DNA of 32,000 bases from Candidatus Benthortus lauensis (GTDB lineage Archaea; Thermoproteota; Nitrososphaeria_A; Caldarchaeales; Wolframiiraptoraceae), in the NCBI GenBank assembly GCA_021650775.1, contig JAHSRM010000015.1:1397-33396 (forward strand), in the 5' to 3' direction. Below the pieces are notes generated by a model that was not told the DNA's origin, ran no database searches, and saw only the letters and a list, made by a program, of their open reading frames with translations. The position numbers were made by a program, and so were the translations under genes. Positions within the stretch are counted from its first letter, which is position 1. The number at the start of each line of letters is the position of its first letter. This document shows positions 9,052-17,916 of the stretch, in pieces.

Positions 9052-9828
9052 TTGAGGCTGGTTGAGGGCTGGCCCGCACTACTCCTGGAGAAGCCTACGA
9101 GGACCCTTGTAGTCTCCGATGTCCATTTCGGGTTCGAGGCGGAGTTGGCTGAGAAGGGTGTTAAGGTGCCGAGCCAGTCGCATAGGCTTCGGGAGCTTTT
9201 CATGGAGATAATAGATGCCACGGGTGCCGGGAGGCTGATAATCCTTGGAGACCTTAAGCATCAGGTCCCGTTATCCTCTTGGATTGAGTGGAGGGAGATG
9301 CCGAGGGTCATCGAGGAGATACGTGGCCTCGGGCTCGAGGTCTACCTGGTTCCCGGGAACCATGACGGGGGGATAGAGTCGATGCTGGGCGGCATGATAC
9401 ATTATTTCCCGAGCAGGGGCGCCCTAATCGAGGCGGAGCAGAGGATATACCTGCTACACGGGCATACATGGCCCACGGCGGAGGTCCTGGAGGCAGACCT
9501 GATAGTTATGGGCCATCTCCACCCCATGGTCGGGATTCGCTCTGACGTCGGTGCGGTTGTCAAGAGGAGGGCCTGGCTCCTGATGAGGGGTGATAGGAGG
9601 GCCTTGGCCGAGAGCCTGGGGGCCGGGACTAGGAGGAGGAAGCCGATAAACCTCATAATCATGCCGGCCTTCAACCCCATACTCACCGGGCTGACCGTGA
9701 ACTCCCTGACGCCGAGGGATAGGCTCTGGCCCCTGATGCGCTCCAAGGCGTTCGACCTGGGTGAGGCGGAGGCTGTTATGCTGGATGGCGTGAGGCTTGG
9801 AAAGGTCTCCGAGCTATCCCTCGACTAG
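9052..9828 (+). CDS. Metallophosphoesterase, SbcD/Mre11-related archaeal family (calcineurin-like fold)
   Basis: 258 aa. Carries an ordered phosphoesterase motif set: VVSDVHFG (DxH), ILGDLKH (GDxxH), VPGNHDG (GNHD), LLHGH and MGHLHP. It starts 30 nt after top6A on the same strand (TTG start per the track). Confidence 0.8.
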   Translation: MRLVEGWPALLLEKPTRTLVVSDVHFGFEAELAEKGVKVPSQSHRLRELFMEIIDATGAGRLIILGDLKHQVPLSSWIEWREMPRVIEEIRGLGLEVYLVPGNHDGGIESMLGGMIHYFPSRGALIEAEQRIYLLHGHTWPTAEVLEADLIVMGHLHPMVGIRSDVGAVVKRRAWLLMRGDRRALAESLGAGTRRRKPINLIIMPAFNPILTGLTVNSLTPRDRLWPLMRSKAFDLGEAEAVMLDGVRLGKVSELSLD

Positions 9829-10626
9829 GCGGCCCCTAACACTCCTCACACGCTCCATGAACAACCTAACCCTCTCATGGTCTATCCTGTCCCCGAGCCT
9901 GCCGCCGACCCTAAAGTAGGTCCCGACTATTGCTCCATCGGCCAAGGGGAGCAGGCGCTCAACATTCTCCAGGTTCAATCCACTCCCAATCAGGACTGGG
10001 GCCACACCCCTAACCGACTTCAGGTCATCCACGCTGGGAGGCTCACCCGTCCTCGGCCCCGTCACTATAACCGCGTCGGCCAAACCCCTCTCAACCAGGT
10101 CCAGGGCGGACTCACGGATATCCCTGTGGAGCAGGGGCGAGGCATGCTTTACATGGACGTCTGCGAAGACCTTGACATGCTCTCCGCCGATAAGCCTCCT
10201 AACCCTCATCAACTCTGCTGCAACGCCCTCTATGATCCCCTGGTCGGTAACGTATGCCTCGGTGAGGACGTTCACCCTTATGAACCTGCCCCCGAAGGCG
10301 TATGCCAGGCCGAGGGACTCCCTCGCACAGTTCCTAAGAACATTAACCCCAAAGGGTATCGAGACCCTCCTCCTCAACTCGCATAAAACCCTAGCCATAC
10401 ATGCGACGGTCTCAGGAGGCGCCCTATCCTTGAAGTATGGAGCATCCCCCAGGTTCTCCACAATAAGGCCATCGACCCCAAGCTCCTGAAGCTCCTCAGC
10501 CTCCCTCACAGCCCTCTCAATAACCGCATCAAAATCCCCCAAAAACTTAGGAGAGCCTGGCAAGGGTGCAAGAACAACTGTAGATATTATCGGAAACGGT
10601 CTGTCAAAGATGCCTCCAACAACCAC
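9814..10626 (-). CDS. BtpA-family TIM-barrel protein (membrane-complex biogenesis protein BtpA-like)
   Basis: 270 aa. Family-like motifs are LAPLPGSPKF and GVDGLIVENLGDAPY, plus a C-terminal GSGLN...DGAIVGT. It uses a GTG start, and a minus-strand TTTATAATTG box sits about 27 nt upstream. Its 3' end overlaps the convergent phosphoesterase gene by 15 nt. Confidence 0.78.
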   Translation of the reverse strand: MVVGGIFDRPFPIISTVVLAPLPGSPKFLGDFDAVIERAVREAEELQELGVDGLIVENLGDAPYFKDRAPPETVACMARVLCELRRRVSIPFGVNVLRNCARESLGLAYAFGGRFIRVNVLTEAYVTDQGIIEGVAAELMRVRRLIGGEHVKVFADVHVKHASPLLHRDIRESALDLVERGLADAVIVTGPRTGEPPSVDDLKSVRGVAPVLIGSGLNLENVERLLPLADGAIVGTYFRVGGRLGDRIDHERVRLFMERVRSVRGRLVEG

Positions 10627-10822
10627 GAAGAACTAACCAAGCGAAACAATTATAAATCTTATTTATGACGGCCCCCATCAAGCCATAATAACTATATGTT
10701 CTGAACAATAGCCTCTATACACAAGATTTAAGACGTTTTATGACATAATCCAACGAAATTCTTGTAAATGCTTAAATAATAAGTGAATGCCGATACTTCT
10801 TAAGTTTTCGTGAGGTGGGTTT

Positions 10823-12259
10823 ATGAAAGCTGGTGTAGTTGCTGCGGTTGTAATAGCTCTGATAGTGGGGGTGGCGGCTGGATACTTTATTGGAGCTGGG
10901 GCTGTTCCGGCTGCAACCGTTACGGAGACTTCTGTGATAACTCAAGTAAGCACTATAACCGAGACTGTCGGAGCAGAGGGTGTTGTAACCGAGACTGTAA
11001 CAGTTACTGAGACCCAGGTCCAGACCGTGACCGTTACAGAGACCCAAGTAGTTACTGCTGCACCCGAGAAACCCGTTGTTAAGCTCGGCATACTTCTCCC
11101 ACTAACCGGAGGTGCTGCGGAAAGCGGGCAAGAAGATCTAAGGGGAATCCAGCTTCTAGCCAAGCATGTAAATGAGGGAAGATTCCCGAATCTAAGGTTT
11201 AGGCTGGAGCTAGTAATAGCTGATACGCAGAGTAAGCCAGAGGTGGGCTCGGTCGAGGTTAGAAACTTAGAGGCCCAAGGAGTAGTAGCTATAATCGGAG
11301 CCTACCAGAGCTCTGTAACATATCCATCGGCTAATGTAGCCAACGAACTAAAGCTTCCCTTCATAGTTACCGAGGCCATAGCCGACAAGATAACGGAGCA
11401 GGGATGGGAGTATGTGTTCCGAACAAACCCGAAGGCATCTTGGTATGCAAGAGATGTAGTAAAGATGATAGTAGACTTTAACGAGAAGTTTGGCACAAAC
11501 TTCAAAACTATAGCGTTAATTTACGAGAACACGGACTTCGGTGTCTCGACCACGGAGGGAATTAAGGAATGGCTCCAAGAACTCATGCCAGACGCCCAAA
11601 TAGTCCATGAAGAATCCTATCCCTTTGAGACAATAACGAGCATGGATGAGATGGTGGCTACCCTTAAGGCCCTTAACCCCGACATAGTAATCCATACAGG
11701 GTATCTAAGAGACACGGTCCTTTTTGTCCAGACTCTAAAGAAGCTTGACTGGTATCCTAAGGCATACATAGGCGCAGGAGCCGGAGGCCAGGCCAGAATA
11801 GAGTTCATCGAACAACTAGGAGTAGACGCGGAGTTTGTCTTTGCCCAGACTGAGTGGCAGCCAGACCTGCTTGAGGCTCCGGGGATATCGAAGTGGAGAT
11901 GGGTGGCAGAAGACTATGAGAATGAGTTCAATAGACCCATGACGGGAAGCAGCGCCATGAATTATGCAGGGGCATACGCAGTAGCCGTTGCCATACAGGC
12001 CGCTCTTGACGCCGGAGCCGACCCCAATGATGTTAGGGGATTTAGGGAGGCTTTAAGGGAGGCGCTTTCTAAAACTGTAATCGAAGATGTACCCCTAGTG
12101 CCATGGGAGAAGATCGACCTGACAACGGAAGACCGGCAGAATCCTTACGCCGTCATACCGATAGCTCAAATAAGGGATGGAACGTTCAAGATAGTTTGGC
12201 CTATAGGTTTCGCGACGATAGACCCAGCGTGGCCCTCCCCAGCTTGGGGCGAACGGTAG
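10823..12259 (+). CDS. livK: ABC transporter substrate-binding protein, LIV (branched-chain amino acid / type-1 PBP) family, N-terminally membrane-anchored with a Thr/Val-rich linker
   Basis: 478 aa with an N-terminal hydrophobic anchor (VVAAVVIALIVGVAAGYFIGAG), a T/V/E-rich repeat linker and then a Leu/Ile/Val-binding-protein-like body (KLGILLPLTGGAAESGQ...). A GAGGTG Shine-Dalgarno sequence lies 5 nt upstream of the ATG. It is the first gene of a five-gene liv-type operon. Confidence 0.85.
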   Translation: MKAGVVAAVVIALIVGVAAGYFIGAGAVPAATVTETSVITQVSTITETVGAEGVVTETVTVTETQVQTVTVTETQVVTAAPEKPVVKLGILLPLTGGAAESGQEDLRGIQLLAKHVNEGRFPNLRFRLELVIADTQSKPEVGSVEVRNLEAQGVVAIIGAYQSSVTYPSANVANELKLPFIVTEAIADKITEQGWEYVFRTNPKASWYARDVVKMIVDFNEKFGTNFKTIALIYENTDFGVSTTEGIKEWLQELMPDAQIVHEESYPFETITSMDEMVATLKALNPDIVIHTGYLRDTVLFVQTLKKLDWYPKAYIGAGAGGQARIEFIEQLGVDAEFVFAQTEWQPDLLEAPGISKWRWVAEDYENEFNRPMTGSSAMNYAGAYAVAVAIQAALDAGADPNDVRGFREALREALSKTVIEDVPLVPWEKIDLTTEDRQNPYAVIPIAQIRDGTFKIVWPIGFATIDPAWPSPAWGER

Positions 12260-12272
12260 ACTTATCCATTAC

Positions 12273-12282
12273 TTTTTTCTTT
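12273..12282 (+). terminator. Oligo-T tract after the binding-protein gene (possible partial archaeal terminator)
   Basis: TTTTTTCTTT begins 13 nt after the livK stop and precedes the GGGAGAGGGGAG ribosome-binding region of the permease gene. Archaeal termination commonly uses T-tracts. This would fit over-expression of the binding protein relative to the permease. Confidence 0.3.
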
Positions 12283-12314
12283 ATAGTTTCCTAGACCTGG
12301 GAGAGGGGAGCGGA

Positions 12315-13199
12315 ATGTCGATACTTTTAGCCTATGCTCAGATAGTTTTCTCATATCTTATTCTGGGAGGTATTTATGGTTTGGTCTCGGTTGGGCTAGG
12401 TATAATCTGGGGTGTCATGAACGCAATTAACTTTGCCCATGGAGATTTTCTCATGATCTCTATGTTCATAGTTTTTTGGCTTGTTGTTCTTCTCGGTTTA
12501 GATCCCTTCCTATCCTTACCCATAGTAGTCTTGATAATGGTTGTCATAGGCGGTATTATACATCGTGTTGCAGTCGAGCCTGTGATAGAGCGGGAGCCCC
12601 TCATGACTATACTGACTACCCTGGGCGTCTCCATGGTATTAGAGAGCGGCGCCTTAATTTTATGGACACCTAACCCCCGCGCAGTCCCAAACATATACAA
12701 GCAAACATATCTAAGTATCGGTCCCTTAAGGGCGAGCCTGGCAGAGATACTGGCCTTCATCTCAGCCATAATCCTAGTAATATTGGTTCAAAGATTTCTA
12801 ATGAGGACAAAAATTGGGAAGCAGATTAGGGCCGTTTCTCAGAACCCCTTTGGGGCTCGGGCGCTTGGAATAAATATTGAGAGAATAAGGGTTATCGCCT
12901 TTCTGTTAGGTGCGGTAATAGCTGGCGTAGCAGGAGTATTCTTAGCAACGTTTTACCCAAACATTACCCCTTACGTGGGCCTTCATTGGAGCCTCTTCTC
13001 ATTTATAGTAGTTGTTCTCGCAGGGCTGGAAAATATTCAAGGTATGTTTGTCAGCGGGCTTATCATAGGATTATCCGAGGCTCTTGGGGCAATACTATTT
13101 ACTTCCGCTTATAGACATTTGCTAGTATACCTAGTCTTCATAATAGTATTGTTGGTTAGACCTCAAGGAATCTTCGGGAAGGAGGTTAGAAGGCTGTGA
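12315..13199 (+). CDS. livH: LIV-type ABC transporter permease (LivH family)
   Basis: 294 aa and polytopic, with the typical LivH N-terminus (GGIYGLVSVGLGIIWGVMNAINFAHGDF). Its 4-nt overlap with the next gene suggests translational coupling. Confidence 0.85.
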   Translation: MSILLAYAQIVFSYLILGGIYGLVSVGLGIIWGVMNAINFAHGDFLMISMFIVFWLVVLLGLDPFLSLPIVVLIMVVIGGIIHRVAVEPVIEREPLMTILTTLGVSMVLESGALILWTPNPRAVPNIYKQTYLSIGPLRASLAEILAFISAIILVILVQRFLMRTKIGKQIRAVSQNPFGARALGINIERIRVIAFLLGAVIAGVAGVFLATFYPNITPYVGLHWSLFSFIVVVLAGLENIQGMFVSGLIIGLSEALGAILFTSAYRHLLVYLVFIIVLLVRPQGIFGKEVRRL

Positions 13200-14137
13200 G
13201 AGAGGTAATAGCCCCTACAATAACACTGGTTACTTTGGCGGTTCTTCCATTTTTCTCCACAGATTACTTAACAACGGTTCTTTTTCAGGCTCTTCTTTGG
13301 GCATACCTGGGCAGTAGCTGGAACATACTTGGAGGATTTACTGGGCAATTCTCCCTAGGTCATGCTGCGTTCCTCGGGATAGGGGCATACTCCTCTATGA
13401 TACTCTTATCCGCTTATGGGGTAACGCCTTGGATTGGGATGATCGTCGGGGGAGGGCTGGCGGCTCTTGTTGGAGCCGCAATTGGACTGATATCCATGCG
13501 CCTTGGAACAGTATTCTTTGCCTTAGCTACTATAGCTTTAGCTGAGATGATGAAGCTGGTCTTCCTCTACCTAAGACCTATAACAGGAGGCCCGCTAGGA
13601 ATAGTCCTTGCAGGGGGAGACCCAACAACCATGGTCTTCAGCAGTCCAAGCCATTATTACTGGCTCACACTAGGCCTACTTGCATCAATAATAGGCTTCT
13701 CCTACTGGTTGAAGAGAAGCAAGTTTGGGTTAAATCTCCAAGCGATCAGGGATGACGAAGATGCGGCAAAAAGCCTGGGGATAAATCCGTTAAGACATAA
13801 AGTTGCAGCCTCGGGGATAAGCGCCTTCTTTACCGCCATAGGTGGAACTATAATGGCGCAATGGCTACTATATGTTAGGCCAGATGTAGTCTTTAAAATA
13901 GACCACTCAATCTTAATGGCTGTGACCGCGATAATCGGCGGGCCTTATCATCCGCTCGGTCCTCTTCTGGGCTCGCTTCTAGTCGTCCCTGCATCCCTGA
14001 TAATTAACTCTCTTCTAGGAGGGAAGGTAATAGGTCTTAATGTAATGGTTTACGGCTTTTTGCTCATAATATCTCCTGTCTTTATGAGGGAGGGAATATA
14101 CCCATGGATAAGAGATAAGCTGGTGAGAATAAGATGA
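13196..14137 (+). CDS. livM: LIV-type ABC transporter permease (LivM family)
   Basis: 313 aa and polytopic, with the LivM-like motif GQFSLGHAAFLGIGAYS. It overlaps both neighbouring genes by 4 nt. Confidence 0.85.
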   Translation: MREVIAPTITLVTLAVLPFFSTDYLTTVLFQALLWAYLGSSWNILGGFTGQFSLGHAAFLGIGAYSSMILLSAYGVTPWIGMIVGGGLAALVGAAIGLISMRLGTVFFALATIALAEMMKLVFLYLRPITGGPLGIVLAGGDPTTMVFSSPSHYYWLTLGLLASIIGFSYWLKRSKFGLNLQAIRDDEDAAKSLGINPLRHKVAASGISAFFTAIGGTIMAQWLLYVRPDVVFKIDHSILMAVTAIIGGPYHPLGPLLGSLLVVPASLIINSLLGGKVIGLNVMVYGFLLIISPVFMREGIYPWIRDKLVRIR

Positions 14138-14847
14138 GGCTACTGGCCGCCGAGGGGGTAAGCAAGAAGTTTGGCGGGCTCCAAGCAGTATACAATATGA
14201 ATATCTGGCTTGATTTAGGCGAGGTCGTATCGATTATTGGTCCAAATGGAGCTGGCAAGACCACGCTCCTTAATCTCCTGTCAGGCTACCTTAAACCTGA
14301 TAAAGGAGTCATCAAAATATTCGGCAAAGATGTCTCTAAAATGTCTGCGGAGAGAATTGCGAGAATGGGTGTTGGGAGAACTTTTCAACAGCCCAAGGTC
14401 TTCGAGAAACTTACAGTATACGAGAATATATTGATATCTGTTCTGAACTTATGTAAGGATATAGACGACCCGCATGGGCGAGCTAGAATGTATACGGAGA
14501 TGTTTGGCCTTGGTAATGTCATAAACCATGAGGCTAGGGCTCTATCCTTTGGGCAGCAGAGACTCCTAGAGATAGCGAGAGTGCTTGCATCGGACCCTAA
14601 GGTAATATTCTTAGATGAGCCAACTTCAGGAGTGCATATCTCATTAATTAAGAGACTTGAGGAAATTATCAAAAAGCTGAAGAATGAAGGAAAAACCATT
14701 CTAATAGTTGAGCATAACATGCCATTTGTCGCAAAGGTTAGCGATAGGGTGATAGTTATGAGTAATGGGTCAAAGATTGCTGAGGGAACTTATGAAGAAG
14801 TTAAAGAAAATGCAAAGGTAATTGAGGCGTATTTGGGTGGGAGATGA
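14134..14847 (+). CDS. livG: LIV-type ABC transporter ATP-binding protein (LivG family)
   Basis: 237 aa with Walker A GPNGAGKTT, signature-like LSFGQQRLLEIAR and Walker B VIFLDEPTSG. Confidence 0.9.
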   Translation: MRLLAAEGVSKKFGGLQAVYNMNIWLDLGEVVSIIGPNGAGKTTLLNLLSGYLKPDKGVIKIFGKDVSKMSAERIARMGVGRTFQQPKVFEKLTVYENILISVLNLCKDIDDPHGRARMYTEMFGLGNVINHEARALSFGQQRLLEIARVLASDPKVIFLDEPTSGVHISLIKRLEEIIKKLKNEGKTILIVEHNMPFVAKVSDRVIVMSNGSKIAEGTYEEVKENAKVIEAYLGGR

Positions 14848-15548
14848 TGCTGGAAGTTAAGGGTCTTGAAACGGGGTATAAGAAGCTTCAGGTCCTATTT
14901 GGAATCGACTTAGCTGTTAAGGAGAGCTCCATAGTAGGTATCCTTGGCCCTAATGGAAGTGGCAAAAGCACACTCCTGAAGTCAATATTTGGCATATTAA
15001 AGCCATGGAAGGGGGAGGTACGGATTAAGGGAAGAAATGTGGCTGGTTTTCCTCCGAAGATAATCGGGAGGATGGGTGTGGCATTTATACCCCAGGGCCG
15101 CTCCCTCTTTCCATCCATGACCGTCAGAGAAAATCTTGAAGTAGCCTCATACGCTTTAGGAAGAGATTTTGGAAAAGATGAACTCAACATAATAAGAGAA
15201 GTATTCCCCAACCTTATCGATAAATTAAATGAGACTGCTGCCTCTTTAAGCGGGGGAGAGCAAAGAATGCTTGAGATAGCCCGGGGTATCATGTTTATGC
15301 CTAGGCTACTCCTGCTTGACGAGCCCTCCGCAGGTTTGGCGCCGAGGATAACCGATAGCATATATGAGAAGCTCTTAATGATTAACAGGGAATATGGCAT
15401 AACGCTTTTAGTAGTGGAGCAGAATGTATATAAGGCGCTGGAGGTCTGCGAAGAAATCTATCTTCTAGAGCTCGGACGGAATAAATATAGAGGTAGGGCA
15501 AGCGACCCTGAGACTAAGAAGAAAGTATTGGAGGCTTATCTATCCTAG
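14844..15548 (+). CDS. livF: LIV-type ABC transporter ATP-binding protein (LivF family)
   Basis: 234 aa with Walker A GPNGSGKST, signature LSGGEQRMLEIAR and Walker B LLLLDEPSAG. Confidence 0.9.
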   Translation: MMLEVKGLETGYKKLQVLFGIDLAVKESSIVGILGPNGSGKSTLLKSIFGILKPWKGEVRIKGRNVAGFPPKIIGRMGVAFIPQGRSLFPSMTVRENLEVASYALGRDFGKDELNIIREVFPNLIDKLNETAASLSGGEQRMLEIARGIMFMPRLLLLDEPSAGLAPRITDSIYEKLLMINREYGITLLVVEQNVYKALEVCEEIYLLELGRNKYRGRASDPETKKKVLEAYLS

Positions 15549-16534
15549 ATTACCCCAGTCTCTTCGGCAAGCCTCCTTGCAGATCTAGGATCTAGTGGCT
15601 TCTCATCTAATATCGTGTACCAGTCTCTCTGTCCACGTGCTTCCACCAAGGCTTTGATGACATCGCTTTCCCTTACTCCCAGCTCTTCGGCGGTTGTTGG
15701 CGCTCCAGCCCTCCGGATAATGTCCCTAACCTTCCACCAATCTCCGCCCTGTAGGTTGGTCATAAGTATTGTTCCCAGCCCGCATTCAAGACCATGAGGT
15801 GCAGGGTTTCCAGCGACCTTATCTAGAGCAAAAGAAAATAGGTGTTCGCTTCCAGCTGCGACTCTTGTGCTACCAGCAAGCTCCATGAGGAACCCGTCGA
15901 GATAGAGGGATACGGCAAGAACCCTCAATGCATCTTCCTGAAGAGATTGGATTCCTGGAGCATATCTTGTGAGCATGTGTAGGATTGATTCGGCGATTGC
16001 TGCAGCTTCCTCGGAAAATCTTATTCCTCTTCGCCGATGGTCAAGCCGCCAATCCGGTAGAGCGCTAAATTTGGAGATATAGTCGCAGAAGCCTGCCACA
16101 GTTAGTTTTAGAGGTGCGGATGCTATGATGTCCAAATCTACTACTAAGGCAGAGGGCGGCCTCACATAGTATGCGACAAGTTTTCCATTCTGTCGAATTA
16201 TACTCCAGGGAGAAGCTATTGCGTCGGTTGAGAGTGAGGAGGGAAAGATAACGCATCTGGTCTTTTTCCTATTGGCAATAAACTTAGCTGCATCCACTAC
16301 TTTACCGCCTCCAACACCCATTATCACTGATGCCTCGGCCATATCTTTTATCATCTCTTCTAGTATGCTATGCTCTAAATCGCCTCTAAGCCTGATTAAC
16401 TCTGCCTGGAATCCGTCGGAACCAAGGTATCCTGTAATTATTGACGCTATCCTCGCCGAGTTCCTCCCACCAGTTATTACTTTGATATTTCCCGAGCCTC
16501 CAACCTTCTCTATAACTCTCCCTATCTTTCTCAC
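15545..16534 (-). CDS. Glycerol-1-phosphate dehydrogenase-like NAD(P)-dependent, metal-dependent polyol-phosphate dehydrogenase (EgsA/AraM family of the DHQS-like superfamily)
   Basis: 329 aa. Contains a Gly-rich nucleotide loop (GVGGGKVVDAAKF), the STDAIASP motif, and Asp/His residues at the expected metal-ligand positions (AGFCDYISK, GSEHLFSFAL, APHGLECGLG). It has a GTG start with GAGGTG just upstream, and lies 38 nt downstream of the aminotransferase on the same strand. I cannot tell whether it is the housekeeping lipid-pathway enzyme or a paralogue. Confidence 0.7.
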   Translation of the reverse strand: MRKIGRVIEKVGGSGNIKVITGGRNSARIASIITGYLGSDGFQAELIRLRGDLEHSILEEMIKDMAEASVIMGVGGGKVVDAAKFIANRKKTRCVIFPSSLSTDAIASPWSIIRQNGKLVAYYVRPPSALVVDLDIIASAPLKLTVAGFCDYISKFSALPDWRLDHRRRGIRFSEEAAAIAESILHMLTRYAPGIQSLQEDALRVLAVSLYLDGFLMELAGSTRVAAGSEHLFSFALDKVAGNPAPHGLECGLGTILMTNLQGGDWWKVRDIIRRAGAPTTAEELGVRESDVIKALVEARGQRDWYTILDEKPLDPRSARRLAEETGVI

Positions 16535-16572
16535 AGCACCTCTACTGATCTCTATTATTCCAGTAACCTTTA

Positions 16573-17898
16573 TCAGGTCTTGAACTCCCTGAGGGTTTCG
16601 CTTAATATCTCAACACCCCTCCATAGAAGGTCTTCAGGAATATTTAATGCAGGGCATATCCTAAGGGTGCTCTCGCCGCACTTTGTTATCACCAGGCCTT
16701 TTTCCAGGCAACGGGTTATTGCTTTCGCGGCTAGTTTTGGTGCAGGTTTTTTGGTATCCTTATCCTCTACTAGCTCTATTCCTATCATTAGACCTTTACC
16801 TCTAACCTCACCAACATTCTCAACCTCTTCAACAAGTTCCCTCAATGCAGACAACAGTCTTCTACCAAGTTCTGCTGCTCTCTCATGAAGACGATTTTTA
16901 ATCAATATATCGAGGAATCTTGACGCAGCGGCGCAGGCGACCGGGTTTCCGCCGAATGTTGTTCCATGAGCTCCAGGCTCCCAGGCATCCGCTATCTCCC
17001 TCTTGGCAACTACGGCTCCAAGGGGTAGACCCGATGCTATCGCCTTAGCGAAGATCACTATATCCGGAACGACGTGCCAGTGCTCGCATGCAATTATCTT
17101 TCCAGTTCTACCGAGTCCGCTCTGAACCTCGTCGGCTACCAAGAATAACCCCTCATCATCCGCTATCTTTCTTAAACCTGGAAGGAAATTGTCGGGCGGA
17201 ACTATGTAGCCCGGCTCGCCGGATATGGGCTCAACTATTATTCCGGCCACATCATCCGGAGGCGCCAGATGATTCAACATGCTGGATATATATTGAAGTG
17301 TGAACGACCCTGCTTTTTCAGGTGGGCCGGGAAATCTATAGGGGTATGGATACGGCGCATGGAACGTCGGGGGGAGAAGGCCTGTTAGCCTCTTTCTATG
17401 CGCGGCTTTACTAGCCGTGGCTGAGAGTGCGAGAAGCGCTCTACCGTGAAAGGACGGCATAAACGCTATCATGCCCGGCTTGCCTGATGCATATCTAGCC
17501 AACTTGAGGGCAGCCTCCACGGCTTCTGTTCCACTATTTACTAATAGAACTCTTCCACTTGAAAGCTCTCCGGGAAGAATCCTTCTAAGCTTCTCGGCTA
17601 CCTCTAGATAAGGCTCGAGATACCCTGTATGCCTGGAGTTATGTATCAGAGTTGCTGCTTGCTCTCTAATAGCCTCCACTATCTCGGGGTGGGAATGCCC
17701 AAGAGCCATGGACGCTATTCCAGCATTAAAGTCGATATACCTATTCCCATCCACATCCTCCAGTATGCTGCCTTCCCCACGTTTAAAGGCGACGGGAAGA
17801 TAGTTATACATGACGCGCATCACTAGTTCTTTGTCCCTCTCCATAACTTGTTGAGATCCTGGCCCAGGAGGCTTCACGATTATTCTGGGCGCATCCAT
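16573..17898 (-). CDS. Class III PLP-dependent aminotransferase (4-aminobutyrate / acetylornithine aminotransferase-like)
   Basis: Motifs are SGTEAVEAALKLAR, DEVQSGLGRTG, the catalytic Lys in IFAKAIASGLP, and TFGGNP. The track ORF extends to 18000, but I place the start at the ATG at 17898 (MDAPRIIVKPPGPGS, the usual N-terminus of this family), which sits about 26 nt from a TATA element. Confidence 0.85.
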   Translation of the reverse strand: MDAPRIIVKPPGPGSQQVMERDKELVMRVMYNYLPVAFKRGEGSILEDVDGNRYIDFNAGIASMALGHSHPEIVEAIREQAATLIHNSRHTGYLEPYLEVAEKLRRILPGELSSGRVLLVNSGTEAVEAALKLARYASGKPGMIAFMPSFHGRALLALSATASKAAHRKRLTGLLPPTFHAPYPYPYRFPGPPEKAGSFTLQYISSMLNHLAPPDDVAGIIVEPISGEPGYIVPPDNFLPGLRKIADDEGLFLVADEVQSGLGRTGKIIACEHWHVVPDIVIFAKAIASGLPLGAVVAKREIADAWEPGAHGTTFGGNPVACAAASRFLDILIKNRLHERAAELGRRLLSALRELVEEVENVGEVRGKGLMIGIELVEDKDTKKPAPKLAAKAITRCLEKGLVITKCGESTLRICPALNIPEDLLWRGVEILSETLREFKT

Positions 17899-17916
17899 GG
17901 ATGCTAGATTACGTAG

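Noticed and set aside
9877-10386. 169-aa ORF antisense to btpA
   Set aside because: Antisense shadow of a well-supported CDS, with a Pro/Gly-rich composition.
10627-10822. Direct repeats or att-like sites at the borders of the low-GC block (for example TTATGAC at 10664 and 10738; ATAAAT-type strings at both borders)
   Set aside because: The matches are short, AT-rich and expected by chance in promoter spacers. They are not convincing as insertion scars.
10772-11047. ORFs 10772..11047 (-), 10810..11010 (+) and 10942..11163 (-) over the start of livK
   Set aside because: These are artefacts of the repetitive Thr/Val linker DNA. The livK frame has a Shine-Dalgarno sequence, a signal anchor and a family-typical body.
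14888-15400. 170-aa ORF antisense to livF
   Set aside because: Antisense shadow. livF has complete Walker A, signature and Walker B motifs.
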